From the NCBI GenBank assembly GCA_903860135.1, contig CAIOPG010000002.1:1192-65191 (forward strand): a stretch of 64,000 bases of DNA. The letters run 5' to 3'. Within the stretch, counting starts at the first letter, position 1, and each line of letters begins with the position of its first letter. A program made the translations under genes and the position numbers. Of the stretch, positions 39,987 through 49,571 are shown in pieces. The notes beneath the pieces are model-generated. The model did no database searches. It saw nothing but the letters and a program-made list of their open reading frames with translations, and had not been told where the DNA came from. The DNA comes from Candidatus Omnitrophota bacterium. Its GTDB lineage: Bacteria; Omnitrophota; Gorgyraeia; Zapsychrales; Fredricksoniimonadaceae.

Positions 39987-41186
39987 TTACAGCCAATGCC
40001 CCATCTTCTGCTTTTTGGCTTCCAGGTATTTTTTGTTCTTTTCATTATGGGCGATCTGCAAGGGGACACGCTCAACCACGCTGAGCCCGTAGCCTTCAAG
40101 GCCGACGATCTTGCAAGGATTGTTGGTCAGAAGCCTGATCTGCTTCAGCCCGATATCCACCATGATCTGGGCACCGATCCCGTAATCGCGCAAGTCCGCC
40201 GCAAAACCCAGCGCTTCATTGGCCTCGACCGTATCCATACCCTTGTCCTGAAGCGTATAAGCTTTCACCTTGTTGACAAGCCCGATGCCACGGCCTTCCT
40301 GGCGCATATAAAGCAGGACACCGGCACCTTCCTTGGCCAAACGCTTCATCGATTCCTGCAGCTGCCCGTTGCAATCACAGCGCAAGGACCCGAACACATC
40401 GCCGGTCAGGCATTCCGACTGCACACGCACCAAAACTGGCGTCGTATCATCGACCTTGCCGAGCACCAGCGCCACATGCTGATAATTATCGATCGTTGAT
40501 GAATAAACGATCATCCTGAAATCGCCATTGGCCGTCGGCAGGACCCCCTCAACTTCACGGGTAATAAACTTCTCGTTCTTGCGGCGGTATTCGATCAGGC
40601 TGTCGATCGTGCAGATCTTCAGTTTATGTTTCTTGGAAAATTCAACAAGGTCATTCGTGCGCGCCATGGTGCCATCGTCATTCATGATCTCGCAAATAAC
40701 ACCCGCCGGATAAAGGCCGGCCATGCTGGTAAGGTCAACCGAAGCTTCCGTATGCCCGGCACGGACAAGGACGCCGCCTTTCTTGGCGCGCAACGGGAAC
40801 AGATGCCCCGGGGTGATCAGGTCTTTGGGGGTGGATTTCGGATCAATGAGAAGCTTGACCGTATAGGCCCGATCAGCCGTCGAGATCCCGGTCGTGGCAC
40901 CATGCGCCGCATCAACCGTGATCGCCCAGCCGGTATTGCATGGCTGATGCAGGTCGCTCGTCGCATCCTTCATGGGGTAAAGCCCCAGCGCATCCAGGCG
41001 TTCAGGGAGCATGGGCACACAAATAAGCCCGCGCGCATGCCTCGCCATAAAATTGATGACTTCCGGCGTTACAAATTCGGCCGCCACCAGCACATCGCCT
41101 TCATTTTCCCGCCCTTCATCGTCCATGACGATGACCATGCGGCCCTGACGGAGTTCTTCAAGAATTTCGGGGATAGGATGGAACAT
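39987..41186 (-). CDS. ribBA: Bifunctional 3,4-dihydroxy-2-butanone-4-phosphate synthase / GTP cyclohydrolase II
   Basis: 399 aa. DHBP synthase motif ([15 protein letters not shown]) and GTP cyclohydrolase II Zn motif [14 protein letters not shown]. Confidence 0.9.
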   Translation of the reverse strand: MFHPIPEILEELRQGRMVIVMDDEGRENEGDVLVAAEFVTPEVINFMARHARGLICVPMLPERLDALGLYPMKDATSDLHQPCNTGWAITVDAAHGATTGISTADRAYTVKLLIDPKSTPKDLITPGHLFPLRAKKGGVLVRAGHTEASVDLTSMAGLYPAGVICEIMNDDGTMARTNDLVEFSKKHKLKICTIDSLIEYRRKNEKFITREVEGVLPTANGDFRMIVYSSTIDNYQHVALVLGKVDDTTPVLVRVQSECLTGDVFGSLRCDCNGQLQESMKRLAKEGAGVLLYMRQEGRGIGLVNKVKAYTLQDKGMDTVEANEALGFAADLRDYGIGAQIMVDIGLKQIRLLTNNPCKIVGLEGYGLSVVERVPLQIAHNEKNKKYLEAKKQKMGHWL

Positions 41187-41206
41187 AGAGAATTCTTTCC
41201 TTTGTC

Positions 41207-41237
41207 AAATGACCAAAAAAACCGCCTTCCCGGCGGT
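41207..41237 (-). terminator. Hairpin plus U-run in the ribBA leader (putative attenuator/terminator)
   Basis: Minus-strand ACCGCCGGGAAGGCGGUUUUUUUGG lies between a TTGACA-17 nt-TATTAT promoter-like element (about 41262..41290) and the ribBA start. The leader is too short for an FMN riboswitch. Confidence 0.3.
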
Positions 41238-41302
41238 AATAGTTTTTCATAATATTCTAATTATAAAAGCTTGTCAAGCCGTTTATCCCCCCTTCAGACG
41301 TC

Positions 41303-42532
41303 CTATATTGATGCGAAATAAGTTTCGATGGGCGTTGAAAGAAATTCTTCCAGTTTGATCCCTTCAGGACCAACAAGAATGACGCGCGCCTGGGGAAACT
41401 TTTTTAAAAACAACTGAAATTGCTCTGCGTGTCTTTCATAATTTGTTTTGACTTCAATGGCTATCAGCTTTGAGCCTTTGCGCAGGACAAAATCAATTTC
41501 ATTTTTATCGTCACGCCAGTAATACACCTCATAATTATGCATTTTCCCCTGATTGATCAAATAAGCGCCAACCGACGCCTCCACGAGGCGCCCCCAATAC
41601 ACAGGATCTTTTACGGCTTCCACCCTCGGGAAATTCTTGACAGCGGAAATTAACCCGGAATTTAAAGGAACCCACTTGGGAGAAGAATTTCTCCGAAGAA
41701 GATCTTTACCTGACCATTTTTGTAAACCCAAAAGAAGATAGGTTTGTTCGAGCATTCGCTGATAGCCGGAAATTGTCAGCACACTCTTGACATCTTTAAA
41801 ATGCCCCTGGATCTTCCGATAAGCCAATTCTTGCCCTGCATAATGGCACGCCAAAAAAAACAGGTTGCGCAAAAGTGCCGGATTGCGCACTTCGGTCAAT
41901 AGCGGAATGTCCCGCGATAGAACAGGCTCAATGACGGCATCCATAATATAATGCCGCCAGCGCTCTTCATCATGCCTGAAAGTGGCTCCCCCCGGATACC
42001 CGCCAAAATACAAATAATCTTCTAAAGAAAAATCAAAGGCTTCCTTACATTCAAGATACGACCAATGCATGAACCATATGATCTCAAAGCGCCCCATTAA
42101 ACTTTCCGACAACCCTTTCTGCATCATCAACGCCGATGACCCCAATAAAACGACACAGACATTCCTTTTTTCAAACGAATCCTCATCCCACAACCTTTTG
42201 ATCTCAGTTGACCATGCCCTGATCTTTTGAATCTCGTCAAAAACAAGAATAACTTTATTCCCGCCTTTTTCCTTATCCCTGGCTTGATGCCAATACGACG
42301 TAATCCACTCAACACCCGGGGTCGGCGAAACAAAGTCAGCAATAGCATAAACATACGGATCGGAGAGTTCTCTTATAACACCATTGACCGCCCACGACTT
42401 GCCCACCTGACGCGGGCCAAGCACAATCTGAATCGTACGACGCGGCTCCGCCAGCCTGCTTTTTAGGATACCTGCCACCGGATGCACGTAATCTTTATTA
42501 TTCATAACACCTTTGGTAATCAGATGATACAA
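41303..42532 (-). CDS. AAA+ ATPase, AAA_14/DUF4143 family
   Basis: Walker A GPRQVGKSW, Walker B VILVFDEIQ. The C-terminal DUF4143-like region is typical of COG1373 predicted ATPases. Confidence 0.75.
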   Translation of the reverse strand: MYHLITKGVMNNKDYVHPVAGILKSRLAEPRRTIQIVLGPRQVGKSWAVNGVIRELSDPYVYAIADFVSPTPGVEWITSYWHQARDKEKGGNKVILVFDEIQKIRAWSTEIKRLWDEDSFEKRNVCVVLLGSSALMMQKGLSESLMGRFEIIWFMHWSYLECKEAFDFSLEDYLYFGGYPGGATFRHDEERWRHYIMDAVIEPVLSRDIPLLTEVRNPALLRNLFFLACHYAGQELAYRKIQGHFKDVKSVLTISGYQRMLEQTYLLLGLQKWSGKDLLRRNSSPKWVPLNSGLISAVKNFPRVEAVKDPVYWGRLVEASVGAYLINQGKMHNYEVYYWRDDKNEIDFVLRKGSKLIAIEVKTNYERHAEQFQLFLKKFPQARVILVGPEGIKLEEFLSTPIETYFASI

Positions 42533-42686
42533 ATTTGGTAATCATGATTTTCAATTATAATAATGATATTTAATTTGTCAACAAAAAGTCGGAACCTATC
42601 CAAATTTTGAACATATTTAGCGCGATAGTATACAGGCATTCTAAATGCTCTTGTAATTATAATTCATAACCCTTAAGATAGTTCCC

Positions 42687-43166
42687 ATGACACAGCTCCA
42701 ACACCTCGCGCAACACTTGACCGCCAGCCGCCAAACTTTAGCCACCGCCGAATCCTGCACCGGCGGGCTGATCGCCCATACCCTGACCAATATCCCCGGC
42801 GCTTCGGCCTGGTTTAAAGGCGGGGTCGTGGCTTATGCCAATACGGCCAAATCTGATATGCTGGGAGTCGCTCCTGAGCTGATCCTGCAACACGGCGCGG
42901 TCAGTGCCCCAGTGGCAGAAGCCATGGCTCAGGGTGCACGCCTGCGCTTTGATACCACTTTCGCCATCGCCACAACCGGCATCGCCGGTCCATCGGGCGG
43001 CACACCCGCCAAGCCCGTGGGCCTTGTCTTCATCGCCGTTGCCTCGGCCAAAACAACAACCGCCTCAAAATTTCTTTTTACCGGAACCCGCGCCCGGATC
43101 AAACGCCAAACCCTGGCCACAGCCATCAAACTGCTCAACGCACGACTGTCACTTTCAATGCTGTGA
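42687..43166 (+). CDS. CinA C-terminal domain protein (nicotinamide-nucleotide amidohydrolase PncC-like)
   Basis: 159 aa. LATAESCTGGLIAHTLTNIPGASAWFKGGVVAYAN matches CinA_C. Confidence 0.8.
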   Translation: MTQLQHLAQHLTASRQTLATAESCTGGLIAHTLTNIPGASAWFKGGVVAYANTAKSDMLGVAPELILQHGAVSAPVAEAMAQGARLRFDTTFAIATTGIAGPSGGTPAKPVGLVFIAVASAKTTTASKFLFTGTRARIKRQTLATAIKLLNARLSLSML

Positions 43167-46100
43167 AGACGGCATTCCCAGAAACGCCGGCAGATCCACC
43201 GCATCCTCCACGCCAATAATCACCGGCACAAATCCCGGCGCCGCCGCCAACCGCGCCACCTCAGCCGGGTCAACATCAAAAACATCCCCCATCGCACCCG
43301 CTGTCGAGATCCGCATCCGGTCAGCCGTCAGATCAATACCACCGGTGCCATTCGCCCTGTCAATCACTGGACTCTTCAACAATTCACTTTGATTAACTAT
43401 CCTCTTTAAGATACTATCCGCTGTTAAATTACCCTCTTGACTCGCCTTTTCCAAAGCACGAATAATACCTAAACTATTTTCAACCAGAAACTTATTCATT
43501 TCCTCAACGTTATTTATCCCGCTCGGGAGAATTTTACGGATACGCGCACTATATCTAACCCCTGAAGAATTTACCTTGTTTTTCCCTTGCAACAATAAAT
43601 CATGAATTGCAAAAGCGAAGATCTGATGCGCAAGGAATCGACTGTTCGGATCCAGGGATATCCATAAAAACAAAGAAGGCTGTTTATCTTTGTAATTTTC
43701 AACAACCTGAATTGCAAGAATATCTGAACTTTTCATGGAAACAGCTACATAAATATCCGTTCCCGTCTTCGTATTAGATAATTCATCAACCAAAACCAAC
43801 AATCCCAATATTTTGCCAGTCATAGCGAATTGAGGATTAATTGTAATGACCTTTTTTAATTTTTCCAGAAAAAGGGTTCTCTTGTTTCCTTTTAAATCAC
43901 TGAATCTAACAACATCAGCCAATAAATATTGCCCATCACGTTCAAAAACAACCTTATTCACTAATTCACCAGTAAACAAATTAAACGCACCCTCATCTTT
44001 CAACTCATTATTTGAAGCAAAGTCAGCGACTGTATTGCGTTTTACTACATCATTTTGACCCTGAGTTGTCGTTGCGATCTCGCGCAAATAGGCTGTTTCC
44101 CGCGTATGCCGGGCCATAAGGTCATCGCCTGATGCTACGGTGATGTAGGGATTTTGTTGCTGGATCAAGCCCAGCATCGCCGTAGCAGATGCCTGTTCTT
44201 TTTGGGAGACTTCTTTTGTTTCAGCCATGCGCCATCCCAATATCGCTTTAGAATAAATCGTCCGTAACAACACGCTGTTCAAGCGCGCAACTTCCTGATC
44301 ATTCAAAGAATTTTCATCCTTGACAGCCTTTTGCAACAAAACTTTAGCATCCTCGTCCAGCCAGCGCTTGTCAGCATCTTCGACATAACGATAAAAATCC
44401 CGCCGTTGCACGATGGCATTAATCAAATTCTTCGGCGTGCTCCGTGGATAAAGGGTCTTTAATAAAAATCTTTTGAATCGTTTCCCATCCGAAGTATTAT
44501 TCAGTTTGATCCATTCTTGTGCATCAATAAGGTCCCTTGATTGAACGCTAAGAGTCTTAATAATGGTATTAATTGCGTGCAAGTGGTCATCACTTAATGC
44601 ATGGGCCTGCTTTAACTTAACAAAAGCAATAAATGATGCTTCGCTTTTATTCAAAGCGTCAATGAGCTCTTCCATAGAAGTCCCTGACGAAATGGACATC
44701 TTCGTATCAGATTCAATTAAACGAGTCAATGCCTGTAGTTGATCAAAATCTTCAAATTCAGCCACTTTCAAATCCAGAAAGCCATTAATCACTTGCATAA
44801 AATCACTCTTTAAAACATCCTTCAACGAAGCATTTGTAAGCTTCGCTAATTCTTGAAGCATTAACTGATTAGTCTTCTGGTGCTTATCGTCCCCGATGGC
44901 CTCACGCAATAATTCAACATCAAGGTCGCCCGGCGTGACCACAAAAGAATTCTTCATAAAATTATGCCTTATAAGGGCGCGCACCTGACTCCGGTTCAAC
45001 GGTTCATTTATCTTGCGAGGCTTTTTGTTCTGAATATCCATCAACCAACTAACACGCTGGCCGGTCTTCGTTTCCCCTTTCACTAGAGCAGCGTTCAATT
45101 CCTGAAGAAAACTTTCAGATCCCAGCAATGCATTAACCCTGTCAATGTCTGTATCTGCCGACGGGACATTAAATCCGGCACGCTCAATCGCCGCAATAAC
45201 CTCTACCACCCTGGCATTGCTGAATTTATCGCCGCGCCTTTGAAACTCTGGCTTTAAAAAAAACGAAAGGCTTTGCAATAATCCATGGATCACACGATGC
45301 GCATTATGCCATAAAAATACAAACCCTTCTTTTTCGATCTGTTCCTGGTCATGCCAGGCAAACGCAGTGACCTGATCGACCGCCGAAAAACTACCTTGCC
45401 GGTAGAAATTTATCCGCGATCCCATCACGAGATGACCTGTTTTCTTTTCAACAACCTGAACAGCCATAATCTCCAACTGCCCCTTCTTGTTTCTTTCTAC
45501 AGCCGCATAAACCTCGCGTTGGCCCAACAACCCCTTGGCAATGGTTTTAGCCAATGAAAGCGTCGAAAAAACATCCCCGGCATTGATGGCCCCCATACTC
45601 CGGCTCTGCCTCACCAAGGCCTTGACAAATGCTTGCCGCAATAGCTTCGCCTCCTCACTTTTCGTCGCGCTCACCTTGACCACATCCACAGCCCGGTACT
45701 CGCCCCCGGGGCTTTGCATGATCACTTTCTTTTCCAAAGCGCCATTGAACAGACGAACATCCTCGGTTGAATTCTCCTTTAAACTTGCCTGTCCATCCGA
45801 TCCTTGTTGTTCGGACAAGCTGTGTCCCAAGTTTTTATTGATTCTATTATTCAAATCAGGGGCATTCTGACCGGGGATCAACAAATTCTCATTGTCTCTC
45901 AATTGCTCCAACATCTTGTTTGCTGACACATTCCCCGCAAGCGCATCCGCGTTCAGTTCCACAATAATGTTATCCTGCACATACTTCAGCATACCCGGGA
46001 GATTGCTACGCATCGACGCCCTCTTCACCTCTCTAGATGACGCTCCAGGGGGCACATTGCTGAACCCAAAAGCCCCTCCCGCATCCATCATATCCAAAGA

Positions 46101-47735
46101 CACACCAGCGGCATTGAGCTCATTGATAACCAAAAATAATAACCGTTGCGCCACGGCCATCTGCCCTTCCTCGGCTACCCAGGGCATAATGGATATAGGC
46201 AACTTATTAGTATTTTTCCAAGTCATTTTCCTGGGCCTGCGCACCGGCTGAACCGCCAGTATCCGCCCATCAGGCATAACCGCCGCATATAAATCAATTT
46301 CCTGCGCTATGGCGTATTTCTCCCTGGTCAATGCATCCAGCAAATGCGCAAGAGTTATGAACGATGTTGCTATACTTTGCTTATGGAGCCACTGCTTTTT
46401 CAGAGACTCGATCAATTTTTCCCCTGCGGGTGTCGCCACATTTCTGATCCTGACGACCTTAACAAATTGATAAACACCCTCGACCTTGGCTACGACGGGT
46501 TTCGTCAGTACTTCTCCCCCCCGGGCAGTAAAAATAGCTGCCTGCTCAGCGCTTATCTGCACGTTGACCTGCCTCGATTGAACAGGAAGCTCGGCAGGGT
46601 CAACTGTACTGACCATGGTCATAGCCGTGATCTTGGCCAAAACCCCGCCCGCGAAATATTTACGCGGGATCGTCTCGCGTGTCAGGGGGTCATACTCTTC
46701 GCGGATATAATTATAAACACCTTTTTTGAAAGCCTCCACATAACGGCCCCAGATTTTGACCGCTTCTTGCGGATCGTTGATATTCACGCCCGCAACCTTC
46801 CGGCGGTCGACATACACCCGTGACAACAGGCTGTCCTTGACTTTCTTCTTGTACCAGGTAGCCAGGATCAGCGAGTGGTAAACCTGACGTAATTGAGTAA
46901 AATTCCGGCCTTCGTTCACCTCTTTTTCAAGGACAGGAATAATGACTTGCCGGAGAATCTCCTTGACATCATCCGAGGCAGACGCCGTCGGTGCAACATA
47001 CCCCGCCTGTTGACGTGCCGCCAGATAATCCGAATCCAGCATGACCTTCAGGCGCGATTTGACCACATAAGCCGTATGGGTTGGCGCATTCTCGTAAACA
47101 ACCACTTCGGCAGGGACGATCCATACCTTGTTAAACGTATCGACCGGAATATTGGCACTGCCGAACTTCTGCGCCGCCAGGGCATAGATCTTCTGCCAGA
47201 ACAGCTTGCCGGTGTCCCCTTCAGGATAGATCAGGCTTGAGGTGATCTGCTTCAGGAAATAATCCTGCGCCAGGAGGTCGCGGCCCATCTCGGTCTGGCC
47301 AAAGGCTTCCGGGACAATGCGGTCTTTCTCATAAGGGCTGAGATTGACCCACAGATCATCTTCCGGTATGGTCAAGGCGGCCAGAAAATACCGGATCAAC
47401 CGGCTGGCCGTCGCACGTTCAGAGGCCTCGGGAACAGCCCCGGCAGCCTCACCGGGATCGAGGATAAAATCGAAGCGGAACGGTTCCTTAACATAAAGCT
47501 TAACCCCATTCAGCACCGCAGGATGACACGCGTTGCTTAAGCCCACCAGTCTTCCGGGCAACGGCATCACAACCTCGGCATACGCCAGCGGAAAAAAAGA
47601 TTCCGTTAAAAATACCACACAAATGAACAAAGCCACAATCCGCCGCATGCCTACTCCCTTTTGCCAATAATGCCTATTTTTATTGAAATGACCACCGATG
47701 AATAAAAATATAACATATAGAATCATGGTTAACAA
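43155..47735 (-). CDS. Giant exported multidomain protein 2 (~1500 aa), a paralogue of giant protein 1: conserved N-terminal domain, three internal repeats, AT-rich variable core, conserved C-terminal tail
   Basis: Uninterrupted ORF. The likely start is MRRIVALFICVV... (about 47651) with signal peptide ...PLAYA|EV. The N-terminus is homologous to ORF 19710..24845. The C-terminal TGGIDL...APGFVPVI...DLPAFL tail is shared. Confidence 0.8.
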   Translation of the reverse strand: MLTMILYVIFLFIGGHFNKNRHYWQKGVGMRRIVALFICVVFLTESFFPLAYAEVVMPLPGRLVGLSNACHPAVLNGVKLYVKEPFRFDFILDPGEAAGAVPEASERATASRLIRYFLAALTIPEDDLWVNLSPYEKDRIVPEAFGQTEMGRDLLAQDYFLKQITSSLIYPEGDTGKLFWQKIYALAAQKFGSANIPVDTFNKVWIVPAEVVVYENAPTHTAYVVKSRLKVMLDSDYLAARQQAGYVAPTASASDDVKEILRQVIIPVLEKEVNEGRNFTQLRQVYHSLILATWYKKKVKDSLLSRVYVDRRKVAGVNINDPQEAVKIWGRYVEAFKKGVYNYIREEYDPLTRETIPRKYFAGGVLAKITAMTMVSTVDPAELPVQSRQVNVQISAEQAAIFTARGGEVLTKPVVAKVEGVYQFVKVVRIRNVATPAGEKLIESLKKQWLHKQSIATSFITLAHLLDALTREKYAIAQEIDLYAAVMPDGRILAVQPVRRPRKMTWKNTNKLPISIMPWVAEEGQMAVAQRLLFLVINELNAAGVSLDMMDAGGAFGFSNVPPGASSREVKRASMRSNLPGMLKYVQDNIIVELNADALAGNVSANKMLEQLRDNENLLIPGQNAPDLNNRINKNLGHSLSEQQGSDGQASLKENSTEDVRLFNGALEKKVIMQSPGGEYRAVDVVKVSATKSEEAKLLRQAFVKALVRQSRSMGAINAGDVFSTLSLAKTIAKGLLGQREVYAAVERNKKGQLEIMAVQVVEKKTGHLVMGSRINFYRQGSFSAVDQVTAFAWHDQEQIEKEGFVFLWHNAHRVIHGLLQSLSFFLKPEFQRRGDKFSNARVVEVIAAIERAGFNVPSADTDIDRVNALLGSESFLQELNAALVKGETKTGQRVSWLMDIQNKKPRKINEPLNRSQVRALIRHNFMKNSFVVTPGDLDVELLREAIGDDKHQKTNQLMLQELAKLTNASLKDVLKSDFMQVINGFLDLKVAEFEDFDQLQALTRLIESDTKMSISSGTSMEELIDALNKSEASFIAFVKLKQAHALSDDHLHAINTIIKTLSVQSRDLIDAQEWIKLNNTSDGKRFKRFLLKTLYPRSTPKNLINAIVQRRDFYRYVEDADKRWLDEDAKVLLQKAVKDENSLNDQEVARLNSVLLRTIYSKAILGWRMAETKEVSQKEQASATAMLGLIQQQNPYITVASGDDLMARHTRETAYLREIATTTQGQNDVVKRNTVADFASNNELKDEGAFNLFTGELVNKVVFERDGQYLLADVVRFSDLKGNKRTLFLEKLKKVITINPQFAMTGKILGLLVLVDELSNTKTGTDIYVAVSMKSSDILAIQVVENYKDKQPSLFLWISLDPNSRFLAHQIFAFAIHDLLLQGKNKVNSSGVRYSARIRKILPSGINNVEEMNKFLVENSLGIIRALEKASQEGNLTADSILKRIVNQSELLKSPVIDRANGTGGIDLTADRMRISTAGAMGDVFDVDPAEVARLAAAPGFVPVIIGVEDAVDLPAFLGMPSSQH

Positions 47736-47800
47736 AGAAAACCGCCTTTTCCTTTTCAGAAAAAGACGGTTTAAAAAACAGCGCGTACTATTGGGTTATA

Positions 47801-48538
47801 TCAGTCTCTGCCGCGCAATTTCGCCAACAGCTGCAAGATCTCCATATAAAGCCAAATGAGCGTTACCATGAGGCCGAAAGCACCGACCCATTCCATGTAT
47901 TTCGGAGCTCCGGCTTGCGCGCCCTGTTCGATAAAATCAAAGTCGAGCACCAGATTCAGCGCCGCGATACCGACCACAAACAGGCTAAAACCAATGCTCA
48001 TCAGGCTCGAACCAACCATGAACGGAACAGCAACATGAAAAAATCCCAGCACAAAGGATACCAGATACACCAGCCCGATGGCCATCGTGGCCACCATAAC
48101 ACCCGTACGGAATTTCTCGGTCACACGGATCAGACCGGTCTTGTACGCCATGAGCAGGCAGAACAGCGTCCCGAACGTAAGCGCCACCGCCTGCATCACA
48201 ATGCCGGGAAAGCGCAGCTCAAAGAGCGCCGAGATCCCTCCGAGCACAAGGCCTTCACACAGGGCATAGCCCGGCGTCGTGAACCCGGCCCACTCTTTCT
48301 TGAACATCGTCACCAACGCAAGGATCAACCCGACAATGCCGCCGCCCACAATAAAAGGCAGGGCTTTGGAGATCGGGGCACTCCAGACCCACATGGCCGA
48401 AGCCATCAAAAGGATCAGCAGGATCAGGGACTTGTTGACCACCCCCTGGACGGTCATGACCTGCCCCGGGGCGAAACTTTCCGCTGCGGCAAATACATCA
48501 TCTTTTAAAATTGGATTGGATGTTCTCATCGGTACCAC
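47801..48538 (-). CDS. Bax inhibitor-1/YccA (TMBIM) family membrane protein
   Basis: 245 aa, 7 TM helices. Profile typical of BI-1/YccA modulators of FtsH. Confidence 0.7.
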   Translation of the reverse strand: MVPMRTSNPILKDDVFAAAESFAPGQVMTVQGVVNKSLILLILLMASAMWVWSAPISKALPFIVGGGIVGLILALVTMFKKEWAGFTTPGYALCEGLVLGGISALFELRFPGIVMQAVALTFGTLFCLLMAYKTGLIRVTEKFRTGVMVATMAIGLVYLVSFVLGFFHVAVPFMVGSSLMSIGFSLFVVGIAALNLVLDFDFIEQGAQAGAPKYMEWVGAFGLMVTLIWLYMEILQLLAKLRGRD

Positions 48539-48547
48539 CTCCTGTAA

Positions 48548-49003
48548 TTAAGCGATTCCAATAATACGAACTGCCACCTGCAGTACGATATTCGTATAAA
48601 TGCCGGCCATGATATCATCGAGCATGATCCCCCTGGCCCCGCCCATATCCTCCAGTTTATTCGCGGGAAAAGTCTTGAACATGTCAAACGCACGGAACAG
48701 GAAGAACCCTGTCGCCATGACAGGCCATGTCATGGGCAAGAAAAGAAAAGATACCATAATACCCGCCGCTTCGTCAATAACAATGCAACCGGGATCTTTC
48801 TTGCCCGAAAGTTCTTCGGCCCGCCCGGCTGTCAGAAAGCCGACAACGGTAATGAACACGCCGACCGCGATGTACAACGGCCAGGAATGATGCACAAGGA
48901 AAGCCACCCCCAGCGCCGCGGCACTGGCCAGCGTCCCCGGCGCGAGCGGCAAATCACCGATATGAAAAAATGTCGCGCAGAAACGCGCCACACGGTCATT
49001 CAT
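48548..49003 (-). CDS. pgpA: Phosphatidylglycerophosphatase A
   Basis: FHIGDLPLAPGTLASAAAL...IVIDEAAGIMVSF...DMFKTFPANKLEDMGGARGIMLDDIMAGIY is the PgpA pattern. The start is taken at the internal MNDRV. Confidence 0.75.
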   Translation of the reverse strand: MNDRVARFCATFFHIGDLPLAPGTLASAAALGVAFLVHHSWPLYIAVGVFITVVGFLTAGRAEELSGKKDPGCIVIDEAAGIMVSFLFLPMTWPVMATGFFLFRAFDMFKTFPANKLEDMGGARGIMLDDIMAGIYTNIVLQVAVRIIGIA

Positions 49004-49571
49004 GCGTGGCCTTCTCTTTCGGAATGGCCCGAAAATATTCAACCCCGGACCAGACGCTGAGCACCAGCGCAAAAATAATGAACGCGACGATGAGCCCGCG
49101 CCACTGGAATTCCATCAGGTTCGCCCCTGTCGACGTGGCAGGGTACGACCACAACACCCGGTAAACCAGCGCCACAAGGATGGCCGCTATCTGCACAATG
49201 GTCTTGATCTTGCCCGTCTGTTCAGCGGGGATCACCTGGCCTTTGGTCATGGCGTGCAAGCGCGAAGCCGTCACCACGATCTCGCGGAAGGCAATAACAA
49301 GGATCATCCACAATGGCGCAAGCCCCTCAAAAGCCAGGATAAAGAAAGCAGAAAGTGTCAGGAATTTGTCGGCCACCGGATCCATAAGCTTCCCGAACGT
49401 CGTGATCAAGTTATGCTTGCGGGCAATGTGTCCGTCGAGCATATCGGTCAGCGCCGCGATGATAAAAAATATCAACGCCAGCACCGCCCCTGGCGCCCCC
49501 TGTTGCATAAAAATGATAAACACGCATGTCAGCACCAAACGGGACATGGTCAGCATATTCGGCAGGTTCAT
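48996..49571 (-). CDS. pgsA: CDP-diacylglycerol--glycerol-3-phosphate 3-phosphatidyltransferase
   Basis: CDP-alcohol phosphatidyltransferase motif DMLDGHIARKHNLITTFGKLMDPVADK. Confidence 0.85.
   Translation of the reverse strand: MNLPNMLTMSRLVLTCVFIIFMQQGAPGAVLALIFFIIAALTDMLDGHIARKHNLITTFGKLMDPVADKFLTLSAFFILAFEGLAPLWMILVIAFREIVVTASRLHAMTKGQVIPAEQTGKIKTIVQIAAILVALVYRVLWSYPATSTGANLMEFQWRGLIVAFIIFALVLSVWSGVEYFRAIPKEKATHE

Noticed and set aside
41187-41302. FMN riboswitch in front of ribBA
   Set aside because: Leader of about 116 nt, no recognisable conserved FMN-element boxes by eye, only a short GC hairpin plus U-run. Reported instead as a possible attenuator. An Rfam scan would settle this.
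42512-42548. Direct repeat TTTGGTAATCA x2 at the 5' end of the AAA-ATPase gene
   Set aside because: One copy lies within the first codons (MYHLITK) and the other just upstream. It looks like a local duplication of the start region and not a regulatory repeat. Low information.
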